NCBI GenBank assembly: GCA_965246965.1
Contig: CBDFGD010000001.1
Span: 12,503-76,502, forward strand
Length of the DNA: 64,000 nucleotides
From: Vicinamibacteria bacterium
GTDB taxonomy: Bacteria; Acidobacteriota; Vicinamibacteria; Fen-336; CBDFGD01
Direction: 5' to 3'
Shown: positions 25,818-34,746 of the stretch, piece by piece
Numbering within the stretch: the first letter of the stretch is position 1
How the letters are laid out: every line of letters starts with the position of its first letter
Position numbers and translations under genes: made by a program
The notes under the pieces: model-generated
Database searches by the model: none
What the model was told of the DNA's origin: nothing
The model's input: only the letters and a program-made list of their open reading frames with translations

Positions 25818-27023
25818 CTAGAAGACTCCCTGCATCGACGAGGCGTAACCCGTCATTTCCAGGTAGCCGCGACCCCGGATCGGCTCCGCTCCGACCATGC
25901 CCGATACCTCGACGGCGCCCTCCCAGTAGAGGAAGGCCTTCCGCATCTCCTGATCGTCGATGACGGCCGAGATCTCGAGGTCGAGGTCCTCTGCCGGAAT
26001 CCTCGCACGCCAGCCGACCGGATAATTGGCGCTGGTCGCTCCGCTGCGCCAGTGTCGAATCGGCTGCAGCTCGAACTCTTCCGCGCCCAACCTCTGACTC
26101 GCACCGGACGCCTCGACGAGTGTGCCGCTCGATGCCGGCTCGATGCTTCCGTCCTCTCGACGGATCTGAAACAACATGACATCGCGCCCGTTGTTCAGCT
26201 GAAGGCTGAACCAGTCCCACCCGACCGCGCCCGTGCCGAGCGCGCTCGTGCTCCACTCGTGATCGAACCAGCTCGTTCCCGTGACTTCGAAGGGCTCGCC
26301 ATCGAGGTGCAGCCTCCCCTCGGTGGCGAGCCGCGTGTAACCGATGTAGTAGGAAGCGTTGCCCGACTCAGCGCTCTTTGCCGACAGTCCCTCCTTGCCG
26401 TGAGCGACGAGCGGTTTGGTGGCCCGCAGCGAGAGGTCGATCATTGTGCCTTCGTGCTCGCCCCGAAGGCCGATCGCGCTGCCCGTCTCGTCGTGGCTGC
26501 TCGCCTCCCAGCTGTCGAGCCACACTCGGAAAGGCGAGCCTGTCGCACCTGCCAACCCGCCGGCTCCACGACTCAGGCGCTGCGCCGATCGGTGCGCGCG
26601 GGATTCGAGATCGGAGATCGCGAAGTGGGCCATGTACACCTGGTTGGTCTGGAGACCGCTTCCCAGCGGTTCGCCCGGCGTGAGGCCGCGGCGGAAGAAC
26701 GTGAGCTGGTAACCGAAGCGGCGTCCGGCGCGCGTCTCGAGGTTGCCGGTGTAGTACCACCACTCGGTCTGGTAACCGTGATGCGGGCCGTGATCCAGAG
26801 GAAGGGCGAACTCGCGAACCGCGGTCGCGCGCTCGAAAGGCCTGATGTCGTGCGCCGCGAAGCTGATCCGCGTGCGTGGGCGGTCGTCGACAGGCTGAGG
26901 TCCGCAGCCGGCCAAACCAGCAACGGCCATGGCCAGCAGCGCGACCTCGGACGTGATCCTGAGTGTCGACCGCGACCCGTCGCGGTCACATGAGACAAGA
27001 AGCGCCAGCATTGGGATCGTCAT
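25818..27023 (-). CDS. AttH/CrtC-family lipocalin-like lipoprotein
   Basis: HGPHHGYQTEWWYYTGNLETRAGRRFGYQLTFFRRG is the family signature. Lipobox VAGLAGC. The ATG at 27023 lies within the repeat end motif. The upstream 104 codons of the track ORF translate repeat C. Confidence 0.8.
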   Translation of the reverse strand: MTIPMLALLVSCDRDGSRSTLRITSEVALLAMAVAGLAGCGPQPVDDRPRTRISFAAHDIRPFERATAVREFALPLDHGPHHGYQTEWWYYTGNLETRAGRRFGYQLTFFRRGLTPGEPLGSGLQTNQVYMAHFAISDLESRAHRSAQRLSRGAGGLAGATGSPFRVWLDSWEASSHDETGSAIGLRGEHEGTMIDLSLRATKPLVAHGKEGLSAKSAESGNASYYIGYTRLATEGRLHLDGEPFEVTGTSWFDHEWSTSALGTGAVGWDWFSLQLNNGRDVMLFQIRREDGSIEPASSGTLVEASGASQRLGAEEFELQPIRHWRSGATSANYPVGWRARIPAEDLDLEISAVIDDQEMRKAFLYWEGAVEVSGMVGAEPIRGRGYLEMTGYASSMQGVF

Positions 27024-27203
27024 CCTGAGCGAACGCTGGCGAAAGATGTCGAGTCGAAGGAGCCAGCGAGGTGAGATCGCTCCTCTGGTCTCGAGAGACG
27101 AGGAGCGGGCGAAATCTTCGCTCCAAGCGGAGACGAGCGGTCTCTCAGAATGACGCTGCCTTGACCGTTCTCCGTGTCTCTGTGCCTCCGTGGCTGCCGT
27201 CGA
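27017..27203 (+). repeat. dispersed structured repeat, copy C (full unit, intra-operonic)
   Basis: About 90% identical to 5436..5621. Same ends and tail. It lies between the permease stop (27253) and the AttH-like start (27023). Confidence 0.85.
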
Positions 27204-27252
27204 GGTCCGTCGTTTCTTCTTAGCAGCGGGTTCGGCGGTCGTCGCGCCAACC

Positions 27253-29790
27253 CTACTCCTGGCGGATCGCGTCGGCGACTGACAATCGACCCAGGCGGCG
27301 CAGCGGGTAGAGGGACGCGAGCAGCGCGGCGGCAAGGCTCAACGCCACTGCCTGAACGAGGATCGCGGGGTCGACGCTCAGGCGCATGGTCCAGCCAAAC
27401 GAGCGAACGTTGATCACATTGATCAGCAGCACCGCCAGCAGCAGGCCGGCGGGGATGGAGAGGACACCCGCAGCCAGGCCCATCGAGCCCGTTTCGATGA
27501 GCGTGAGGCGTCGCAGCATCGCCGGCGTCGCCCCCAGTGCCCGAAGCGTTCCGAGCTCCCGGGTTCGCTCGACCTGTAGCGCCATGAGCGCGCTCCACAC
27601 CCCGACGGCCGCGACGACGACGGCGAGCAGCCGCAACGCCCGGGTCACCGCGAAGGTCCGGTCGAATACCTGCAGCGCCCGCCTCCGCAGTGTCCGAGTC
27701 GGAGCCACGATCAACGCCCGCCCGGCGAGCGCGTCGCGGGCACGCTCGGTCACCTCGTCCAGGTCGGCAGCGTCGTCGACGTAGGCCGCGACGGATGAGA
27801 TGCGCCGGTCGTCGAAGTGGCGCTCGTAGACGTCGCGGTGCATCAGGACGATTCCGTGCTCGGTCGCGTAGTCGTAGTACACGCCCGCCACGGGGAAGCT
27901 GCGCTCGCCGCGATCGGTTTGCAGGGTCACGCTCGCCTCTCTCCCGAGCAGCCCACGCCGGTAGGCGAACGGCTCGCTGACGACGACCGCCCCCTCTCGG
28001 ACGCGGCGCCACACCTCGGCCGGTGAGCCCGCCGCGAACCGATAGACAGAAGCGCTGCGGCGTCCCCCAATCGCGTCCGTGACGCCGAGGTTGACGCTTC
28101 CAGAGGGGCTCGCCACCCGAGTCGAGCGGTAGGTCTCGACGCCCGCGACGCCCGGAAGCGTCGAAAGCAGGGGCGCCACGTCGTCGGCGATCACGCGGCC
28201 CAGCGCACCGGGCGGTGACGCGGCCGACACGTACAGGTCCGCCACGAGCGTGACGTCGAGCCAGTTCGCGACCGTGTCACGAAAGCTGTCGATCATGAGG
28301 CTGACGCCGACGGTGACCGAGACGGCCACGGTGAGCGCGGCGATCGCTACGCCGGTCCGGCCGATCGCGCGCGATACCGTTCGTGGCGCGATGCGGCCCA
28401 TCGGGCCGAAGGCCCTGGCGCACACCCCCGTCAAAGACTTCATGAGAAACAGCGCGGCGATCGGAGTGCAGAGCGCGACGCCGAGGTAGATGAGCAGCAG
28501 CGCCAGAAAGCTCCCCCCGAGCGAGGCGTCCGAGATTGCCATGACCGCGCCACCCAGCGTCCCGACGGCGAGACCCGCTGCCGTGACTGAGGGAACCCGG
28601 CGTCGCGACTGCTCCTGATGAGTGCTCGCCCGCAGAGCAGTGACAGGCGCCACGCGCGCTGCCTCGAGCGCGGCGGGAAGTGCGGAGACGACACCCGCGC
28701 CGATGCCGAGCGCGGCTCCTTTTGCCACCGTGAAGAGGGTCAGCGAGTGCCGGGTCGCCGCCAGCACGAAGTAGAGGTCGTTGATCGTGCGGCTGACCAG
28801 TCGCAGCGCTCCGTGACCCAATGCGGAGCCCACCGGGATGCCCAGGGCCGTGCCAAGAGTCGACACCAGCAGAGCTTCCGCCAGAACGAGGACGAGCAGC
28901 TGTCCGGGAGTGGCTCCGAGCGTCCGAAGCGTGCCGAATACGGCTCGCCGCTGCACCACCGCAAAAGTGATCGTGTTGTAGATGAGGAACATGCCGACGA
29001 TCAGAGCCAGCAGGCTGAGAGCCTGCAGGTTGAGGCGGAAGGCCGCCGTGAGCTGCTCGAGCGTGTCGGCGCGCGTGTGTGCCGCGAGGATGCGAACGCC
29101 CGTGGGGAGCTTCGCGGCGAGGCGTTCGGCCTCGCGGGGCTCCGCGACGAGGTCGATACGCGTGAGCCGGTCGCCCATCTCGAACAGATTCTGAGCCGCG
29201 CCGACGTCCATCAGCAGGATGCCTTCGAGAACGGCTCCCTCGGCTCCCGCCTCGACGAGTCCCGCGACGCGCATCGTCTCATCCCGGTCCTGGACGCGGA
29301 CCCTCAGTGAGTCACCCAGATCGAGGCCGTGGCGACGAGCGAAGCTTCGACTGACGACGACGGCCGACACGTCGGCGAGCAGCTGACCCACGCCTCCGCC
29401 CAGTGACAGCTCGTCGGATAGATGCGCGTGAACGGGCGTGTCGGCAAACGGATCGATGCCCAGTACCGTGACTCGCTCGCGCGTTGCCGTGAGGGCCACC
29501 GCCGCGCCTTCGACGACGGGTGCGCTGGCTCGCACACCCCAGTCCACGCGAAGCTGTCGATAGAGCGACTGGGGAACGCCCGACGGGCCCCCGGTGATCT
29601 GATGCGTGGCCCGGCCCGCGAGGGCGGCGCTCGACTCGCTGAAGGCGCGGCGGGCTCCCTCGTTGGCGAGGTCGATCGCGATCACGACGGCCACGCCGAG
29701 GGCGACACCGCAGATCATCAGAAACGTCTGGAGAGGCCGCCTGACGAGGTCGCGGAAGCCCGCGCGCAAGAGGGCGCCGCTCAGCATCAC
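27253..29790 (-). CDS. ABC transporter permease with two FtsX-like domains (MacB/AttFG-like)
   Basis: 845 aa. N-terminal FRDLVRRPLQTFLMICGVALGVAVV. Two 4-TM FtsX modules are separated by large extracytoplasmic domains. Confidence 0.9.
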   Translation of the reverse strand: MMLSGALLRAGFRDLVRRPLQTFLMICGVALGVAVVIAIDLANEGARRAFSESSAALAGRATHQITGGPSGVPQSLYRQLRVDWGVRASAPVVEGAAVALTATRERVTVLGIDPFADTPVHAHLSDELSLGGGVGQLLADVSAVVVSRSFARRHGLDLGDSLRVRVQDRDETMRVAGLVEAGAEGAVLEGILLMDVGAAQNLFEMGDRLTRIDLVAEPREAERLAAKLPTGVRILAAHTRADTLEQLTAAFRLNLQALSLLALIVGMFLIYNTITFAVVQRRAVFGTLRTLGATPGQLLVLVLAEALLVSTLGTALGIPVGSALGHGALRLVSRTINDLYFVLAATRHSLTLFTVAKGAALGIGAGVVSALPAALEAARVAPVTALRASTHQEQSRRRVPSVTAAGLAVGTLGGAVMAISDASLGGSFLALLLIYLGVALCTPIAALFLMKSLTGVCARAFGPMGRIAPRTVSRAIGRTGVAIAALTVAVSVTVGVSLMIDSFRDTVANWLDVTLVADLYVSAASPPGALGRVIADDVAPLLSTLPGVAGVETYRSTRVASPSGSVNLGVTDAIGGRRSASVYRFAAGSPAEVWRRVREGAVVVSEPFAYRRGLLGREASVTLQTDRGERSFPVAGVYYDYATEHGIVLMHRDVYERHFDDRRISSVAAYVDDAADLDEVTERARDALAGRALIVAPTRTLRRRALQVFDRTFAVTRALRLLAVVVAAVGVWSALMALQVERTRELGTLRALGATPAMLRRLTLIETGSMGLAAGVLSIPAGLLLAVLLINVINVRSFGWTMRLSVDPAILVQAVALSLAAALLASLYPLRRLGRLSVADAIRQE

Positions 29791-29842
29791 CTAGGGTGGA
29801 GGCGGAAGTTGCGTGCGTTGCGCGGCAGGGGCGCCGCCGCCG

Positions 29843-30205
29843 TCAGCTCTCGCGCTGGAAGGCCGGCACCGTCTCCAGCCAATCGGCGATCCGCTCGCGC
29901 GACCACTCGTGGTCGTCGTTGAGATGGACGAGGATGGACGCGAGGATCAGGCTCTTGCGGCAGCCGGCCTCGGGACAGCGCCGGACGGTGTTTTCGAGGC
30001 AGTCGAAGATGCGCTCGAGGTGAAGCGGCCGCAGCGGGCCGTGCTCGTGGGGGAGGCGGTAGAGCCCGTCGTAGGCGGCGCCGAGCGCGCAGGACCGGTT
30101 GCGTCCCTCGAAGTAGGCGCCGAAGGCCTGTTCCGGCCGGCGTCTCATACCCAGGTGAATCGCCTCGGCCAGATCCTTCTCGTCGTTGCGGTGTTCCGCG
30201 ACCAT
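29843..30205 (-). CDS. small conserved-looking hypothetical protein with four cysteines
   Basis: ATG at 30205 follows AAGGCGGGGG. 120 aa: ...NRSCALGAAYDGLY...FDCLENTVRRCPEAGC...LVHLNDDHEWSRERIADWL. It lies between the ABC ATPase and permease genes. Confidence 0.6.
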   Translation of the reverse strand: MVAEHRNDEKDLAEAIHLGMRRRPEQAFGAYFEGRNRSCALGAAYDGLYRLPHEHGPLRPLHLERIFDCLENTVRRCPEAGCRKSLILASILVHLNDDHEWSRERIADWLETVPAFQRES

Positions 30206-30219
30206 GGGTACCCCCGCCT

Positions 30220-30936
30220 TTAGTGTATACCTCGGCCCGCCTCCTGGCGAGGCAATTCGGAACATTGAACGTTTCCGAACAGCCGCCCGTGCTCGAGCGC
30301 CAGGGTGCGGTCTGTCCGCGCGGCCACCCGCTCGCTGTGGGTGACGATCACGAGGGTCCGGCGCGACCCGCCCACCAGCTCCTCGAGCAGCTCGAGCACG
30401 TGCGATCCGCTCGCGTCGTCCAGATTCCCGGTGGGCTCGTCGGCGAGCAGGATCTCGGGATCGCGCACCAGCGCCCGGGCGATCCCCACTCGTTGCTGCT
30501 CCCCGCCCGAGAGGCGATCGGGGAACGAGTCGGCGCGACCCTGGAGCCCCACCCGGGCGAGCAGCTCGCGAGCCCGGGCCGCCAGGTCTTCACCGCCCGC
30601 GCCATCCAGCTCCGCGGGAAGCCGGACGTTCTCGATGACCGTGAGCGTGGGGATGAGGTTGAAGAACTGGAAAACGAACCCGATCCGCTGGCGTCGCAGC
30701 AGTGTGCGCTGCTTCTCGTCGAGGCGCGAGAAGGCGGAGCCTGCGATCGTAATCTCGCCCCGCGACGGCCGGTCGATCCCGGCGATCAGATTGAGCAGCG
30801 TGGTCTTGCCGGATCCGCTGGGGCCCCGGATGGCGACGCTCTCGCCGGCTTCGATCACCGCGTCGACCCCGTCGAGGACGGTGTGGAGACGCCCGCCTTC
30901 GACGTAGTCCTTACCCACCCCCTCCAGCCGGATCAT
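30220..30936 (-). CDS. ABC transporter ATP-binding protein (MacB/LolD-like)
   Basis: Walker A GPSGSGKTT, signature LSGGEQQR, Walker B ILLADEPTGNLD. Confidence 0.9.
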   Translation of the reverse strand: MIRLEGVGKDYVEGGRLHTVLDGVDAVIEAGESVAIRGPSGSGKTTLLNLIAGIDRPSRGEITIAGSAFSRLDEKQRTLLRRQRIGFVFQFFNLIPTLTVIENVRLPAELDGAGGEDLAARARELLARVGLQGRADSFPDRLSGGEQQRVGIARALVRDPEILLADEPTGNLDDASGSHVLELLEELVGGSRRTLVIVTHSERVAARTDRTLALEHGRLFGNVQCSELPRQEAGRGIH

Positions 30937-31092
30937 CGCAGGAAACCATAAGCCATCCCGCGTGCCTCCGTTGCCTCTGAGACTCTCGAGGAATCGGTTT
31001 GGCTACCAAGGCAGCTGCCGTTCATGTGATCCGGCCTCGATCGGGATCCCGAAAGATCGGAGCAGTCGTTACCTCCGTCTCTCTGTGCTGCC

Positions 31093-31914
31093 GTGGCCGC
31101 CGTTGATAGGATCGTCAATGTGAGGCCGTATCTCGATCTGCTCCAGCGGGTCCTCGACACGGACGTCCGCAGGGACGACCGCACCGGCACTGGGACGCTC
31201 TCTTTGTTCGGGCCTCAGATGCGGTTCGACCTGGCGGCGGGGTTCCCGGCGGTGACCACCAAGAAGCTTCATCTCCGCTCGATCGTCCACGAGCTGCTCT
31301 GGTTCATCCGGGGTGATACGAACGTGCAGTATCTCCAGGAGAATGGCGTCCGTATCTGGAACGAGTGGGCAGATCAGGACGGTGAGCTCGGCCCCATCTA
31401 CGGGGCGCAGTGGCGTCGCTGGCGCTGCGCCGGTGGTGAGCAGATCGACCAGCTCGGCAACGTCATCGAGCAGATCCGCCGCACCCCGTCGTCGCGACGT
31501 CTCATCGTCAGCGCGTGGAACGTCGGGGAGCTGGAGAGCATGGCGCTGCAGCCGTGCCACGCGCTCTTCCAGTTTTACGTCGCCGAGGGCCGGCTATCGT
31601 GCCACCTCTATCAGCGAAGCGGCGACGTGTTTCTGGGAGTGCCGTTCAACATCGCGTCCTACGCTTTGTTGACAGCGATGGTGGCGCAGGTGACCGGCTA
31701 CGGCGCCGGCGAGCTGGTGCTGACGCTGGGCGACGCGCACCTCTATCTCAACCATCTCGATCAGGCGAAGCTGCAGCTCGAGCGGGAGCCCCTTCCACTT
31801 CCCACGCTGCGCCTCAATCCGGCCGTAGAGCGGATCGACGATTTCGGCTACGACGACGTGGAGATCGTCGACTATCGCAGCCATCCCAAGATTTCGGCGC
31901 CGATCGCGGTCTAG
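31093..31914 (+). CDS. thyA: thymidylate synthase
   Basis: [40 protein letters not shown], active-site PCH ([12 protein letters not shown]), [18 protein letters not shown]. The real start may be the GTG at 31120, because 31072-31103 is a repeat-tail motif. Confidence 0.9.
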   Translation: MAAVDRIVNVRPYLDLLQRVLDTDVRRDDRTGTGTLSLFGPQMRFDLAAGFPAVTTKKLHLRSIVHELLWFIRGDTNVQYLQENGVRIWNEWADQDGELGPIYGAQWRRWRCAGGEQIDQLGNVIEQIRRTPSSRRLIVSAWNVGELESMALQPCHALFQFYVAEGRLSCHLYQRSGDVFLGVPFNIASYALLTAMVAQVTGYGAGELVLTLGDAHLYLNHLDQAKLQLEREPLPLPTLRLNPAVERIDDFGYDDVEIVDYRSHPKISAPIAV

Positions 31915-31920
31915 AGGAAG

Positions 31921-32415
31921 ATGCGGATCTCGTTCATCGTCGGCATGGATCTCGATGGGGTGATCGGTCAGGACGGAGCCCTGCCCTGGCGGCTGCCGAA
32001 CGACATGCGGCACTTCAAGCGCGTAACGATGGGGAAGCCTGTGATCATGGGCCGCAAGACCCACGAGTCGATCGGGAGGCCGCTGCCCGGTCGCCGGAAC
32101 ATCGTGCTGACGCGCGACGACGGCTACGTCGCCGAGGGGTGCGAGGTCGTGCACACTGTCGAGGAAGCTCTGCGCGTGGCCGGCGACGTCGAAGAGGTGA
32201 TGGTGGCGGGAGGCGCGTCCGTGTATCGCGAGCTGATGGACCGCTGCGATCGGATCTATCTGACGACCGTCGAGGATCGTTTCACCGGCGACGTCTACTT
32301 CCCCGAATACGACCCGAAGCAGTGGCGCGAGATCGAGCGCGACGAGCACAATCCCGACGACAGCAACGCCTTCCGCCACACTTTCGTGGTGCTGGAGCGC
32401 GAGCGCGGTCGTTGA
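31921..32415 (+). CDS. folA: dihydrofolate reductase
   Basis: GVIGQDGALPWRLPNDMRHFKRVTMGKPVIMGRKTHESIGRPLPGRRNIVLT is the canonical DHFR core. Confidence 0.9.
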   Translation: MRISFIVGMDLDGVIGQDGALPWRLPNDMRHFKRVTMGKPVIMGRKTHESIGRPLPGRRNIVLTRDDGYVAEGCEVVHTVEEALRVAGDVEEVMVAGGASVYRELMDRCDRIYLTTVEDRFTGDVYFPEYDPKQWREIERDEHNPDDSNAFRHTFVVLERERGR

Positions 32416-33098
32416 CGCGCGCCGAGAAGGCACGCCGCATCCAGCGAACCCTCGATCGTTTGCACGGGTTGCCAGACGTCCCGCTCGAGCATCGGGATCC
32501 CTACACGCTGCTCGTCGCCGTCGTGCTCTCCGCCCAGACGACCGACGTCAGGGTGAACGAGGTGACGCCCGAGCTGTTTCGTCTTGCACGAACGCCGGAG
32601 CAGATGGCAGAGCTGCGCGTGGCGGATATTCTGGCGATCATCCGCCCCGTGGGCCTGGCGCCGAGCAAGGCGAAGAACATTCGGGCCCTCTCCGAGCAGC
32701 TCGTGGAACGCCACGGCGGGAGGGTGCCCGCGGGCTTCGACGCGCTCGAGGCGCTTCCCGGGGTCGGCCACAAGACGGCGAGTGTCGTGATGTCGCAAGC
32801 ATTCGGCCGCGCGGCCTTCCCTGTCGACACGCACATTCACAGGTTGGCGGCGCGCTGGGGACTATCGGACGGCAAGAACGTCGAGAAGACGGAGCGCGAT
32901 CTGAAGCGCGCCTTCCCGGAGCGTCATTGGAACAAGCTCCACCTTCAGATCATCTACTTCGGGCGTGCCCACTGTCCGGCGCTCGGGCACGACCTCGCGC
33001 GCTGTCCGATCTGTTCCTGGGCGGCGAGCAAGAAGAGAATACGGGACGAGGCCGTTCGTGGGCGGGGTCGCCCGCGCCCACCACGACTGAAGAAGTGA
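32412..33098 (+). CDS. nth: endonuclease III
   Basis: The TTG start overlaps the folA stop. HhH-GPD LPGVGHKTASVV, VDTHIHR, and the 4Fe-4S loop CPALGHDLARCPIC. The 527-aa track ORF upstream of this point is shadow sequence. Confidence 0.9.
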   Translation: MTRAEKARRIQRTLDRLHGLPDVPLEHRDPYTLLVAVVLSAQTTDVRVNEVTPELFRLARTPEQMAELRVADILAIIRPVGLAPSKAKNIRALSEQLVERHGGRVPAGFDALEALPGVGHKTASVVMSQAFGRAAFPVDTHIHRLAARWGLSDGKNVEKTERDLKRAFPERHWNKLHLQIIYFGRAHCPALGHDLARCPICSWAASKKRIRDEAVRGRGRPRPPRLKK

Positions 33099-33246
33099 CG
33101 CTGCCCAAGGGCTTCGAGCCCACGAAACGTTTGGAGGCGGCCGGCAGCTTCAACGCGATGTGCAGCCACCGCGTGCGCGTGTCGAGCAAGGCTGAGGTCG
33201 AGAGAAGCTCGTCGCCCAAATAAGGGCCGCGTACGACAAAGCGTAG
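33096..33246 (+). pseudogene. short relic resembling the C-terminus of a DUF5655-like protein (frameshifted)
   Basis: VTLPKGFEPTKRLEAAGSFNAMCSHRVRVSSKAEVE, then in the next frame KLVAQIRAAYDKA*. This matches my memory of the C-terminal ...HRVR..S..EVD.EL..WI..AY..A motif. No N-terminal part is present. Confidence 0.35.
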
Positions 33247-33262
33247 TCGTTGGCCGCCGGCG

Positions 33263-33583
33263 CTAGAGAACGGATGCCAGGTTCTCTAGCGCGATCCGAC
33301 GGAGCTTGAGGTAGCGGTTCGGGTCGGGCGAGCGGGACTCGAGCTGGGCGATCAGATTCCTGCCCGCGTCCCCCAGCTCCGCGTCGAATCTCTCAGGCCA
33401 GTGGCTCTCGAAGGCCCGGAGCCAGGAGAGGAGTGGCTCCACGTTCCTGCTAGGGATGTCGCTGGCCGTCGCGTCCAGCTCGCAGACGGCCTCACGGATG
33501 CCCACGAGAGGCCGGGAGGGGGCCGGACGCGCCGCACCATCGGGCATGCCCGCTCGCTCCAAGTTCTCCAGAGGGTGGGCCAT
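33263..33583 (-). CDS. hypothetical protein
   Basis: 106-aa ORF with no recognisable motif. It is divergent from the NTase-like locus. Coding status is uncertain. Confidence 0.4.
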   Translation of the reverse strand: MAHPLENLERAGMPDGAARPAPSRPLVGIREAVCELDATASDIPSRNVEPLLSWLRAFESHWPERFDAELGDAGRNLIAQLESRSPDPNRYLKLRRIALENLASVL

Positions 33584-33601
33584 GCGCTTATTCTAGGCCC
33601 C

Positions 33602-34130
33602 GTGAGTGTGTCACTCGACAGGCTACGCCTGACCGAGCACCCAAGCGATCACGGACAGGATCGAGGGCGACTGGCTCCTCATCGGCGGGGCGCTCGCGGC
33701 GCTGTGGTTCGAGCCACGGCGAACCACAGAGGACATCGACCTCGTTCCAATGGGCGATCCGCGCCAGAGCCGCATGGCACTCTTTGAGCTGGCGGCTGAT
33801 CTCGGACTCCCTGTCGAGTCGATGAACTCAGCCGCCGACTTCTTCGTGGAGCGGATCCCCCGGTGGCGGGACGAGACCGAGATCCTCGTCGAGGGTCGGT
33901 CGGGGCGGATCTTCAGACCATCTGCCACTGTCTTTCTGATCCTCAAGATGGGACGCCTCTCCGAGATCGACATGGCCGACTGTCTGGAGTTGCTGCGGGT
34001 CGCCGCCGAGCACAACCTTCCCGTGGACCGCGACCGAGCTTTGGCTGCGCTGGATCGACTGCCCCCGGCTGAGGACTCGAAGCTCCGATCCCGACGGGAT
34101 CGGCTGCGAGGCGCGCTCGGGCACCGATAG
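33602..34130 (+). pseudogene. nucleotidyltransferase-fold protein (GG...DIDLV type), N-terminus apparently frameshifted
   Basis: The conserved frame opens at 33633 with no start codon: ...IEGDWLLIGGALAALWFEPRRTTEDIDLVPMGD...FLILKMGRLSEIDMADCLELL. The only upstream start (GTG at 33602) is in another frame. ORF 33750..34130 is the in-frame remainder. Confidence 0.45.
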
Positions 34131-34190
34131 CTCTGCTCGGCTCCCGGGGCACAATGTGTCGAATCGATCGCCATCCAAGGAGGCATGAGC

Positions 34191-34580
34191 ATGACTACGA
34201 ACATCCGCCATTTCGAGCCGCCGGAAGGACCGCTTCGCAAGCTGCCGTTCTCCGAGGCCGTTTAGGTCGGCGACCTGATCTTCCTGTCGGGTCAGCTCGG
34301 TCTGCAGCCGGACGCCATGGAGCTCGTCGAAGGAGGCATCGAGACGGAGAGCCGCCAGACCCTCGAGAACATGAGCGCCGCGCTCGCGCGCGTGGGATCG
34401 GACCTCGCTCACGTCGTGAAGTGCACCGTGTTTCTGGCCGACATCGCCGAATGGCCGAAATTCAACGAGGTCTACGTCAGCTTCTTCCCGAATCAGAAGC
34501 CCGCGCGCAGCGCGCTCGCGGCGAGTGGCCTGGCCCTGGGCGCCCGGGTCGAAGTCGAGTGCATCGCCGTGCCGCGCTGA
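34191..34580 (+). pseudogene. ridA: RidA/YjgF-family protein with an in-frame TAG
   Basis: AAGGAGG lies 7 nt before the ATG at 34191. The sequence reads MTTNIRHFEPPEGPLRKLPFSEAV*VGDLIFLSGQLGLQPDAMELVEGGIETESRQTLENM...VEVECIAV. The TAG at 34263-34265 interrupts an otherwise colinear RidA sequence. Confidence 0.8.
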
Positions 34581-34746
34581 CGCTAGTGGCCTGTAACAGA
34601 GGATTCGATACCGCTGCGACCGCCGGTGCATCCCGCCTGGCTGCGTCGCTCATCGGTCAAATACTCCCGGTATTCTCCTTCTTCGGCGCCTTGCCATCCG
34701 GGCGCCTCGACGCTCTCGCTGGCATCGATCTCCCTGTTACTGGCCA

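Noticed and set aside
31093-31119. thyA starting at GTG 31093 ([10 protein letters not shown]...)
   Set aside because: These codons lie in a repeat-tail motif (31072-31103) and add residues not seen before the conserved (K/R)xYLDLL start. GTG at 31120 is more likely. I kept the ORF-track coordinate in the feature but flag the doubt.
8881-34746. Composite transposon formed by the two IS1182 copies
   Set aside because: Both copies are in direct orientation, but the outer flanks share no target duplication beyond the CTAG present at every end. The cargo is ordinary housekeeping (cspA, thyA-folA-nth, peptidases). Both transposases are defective. I keep only the weaker point that they are recombination substrates.
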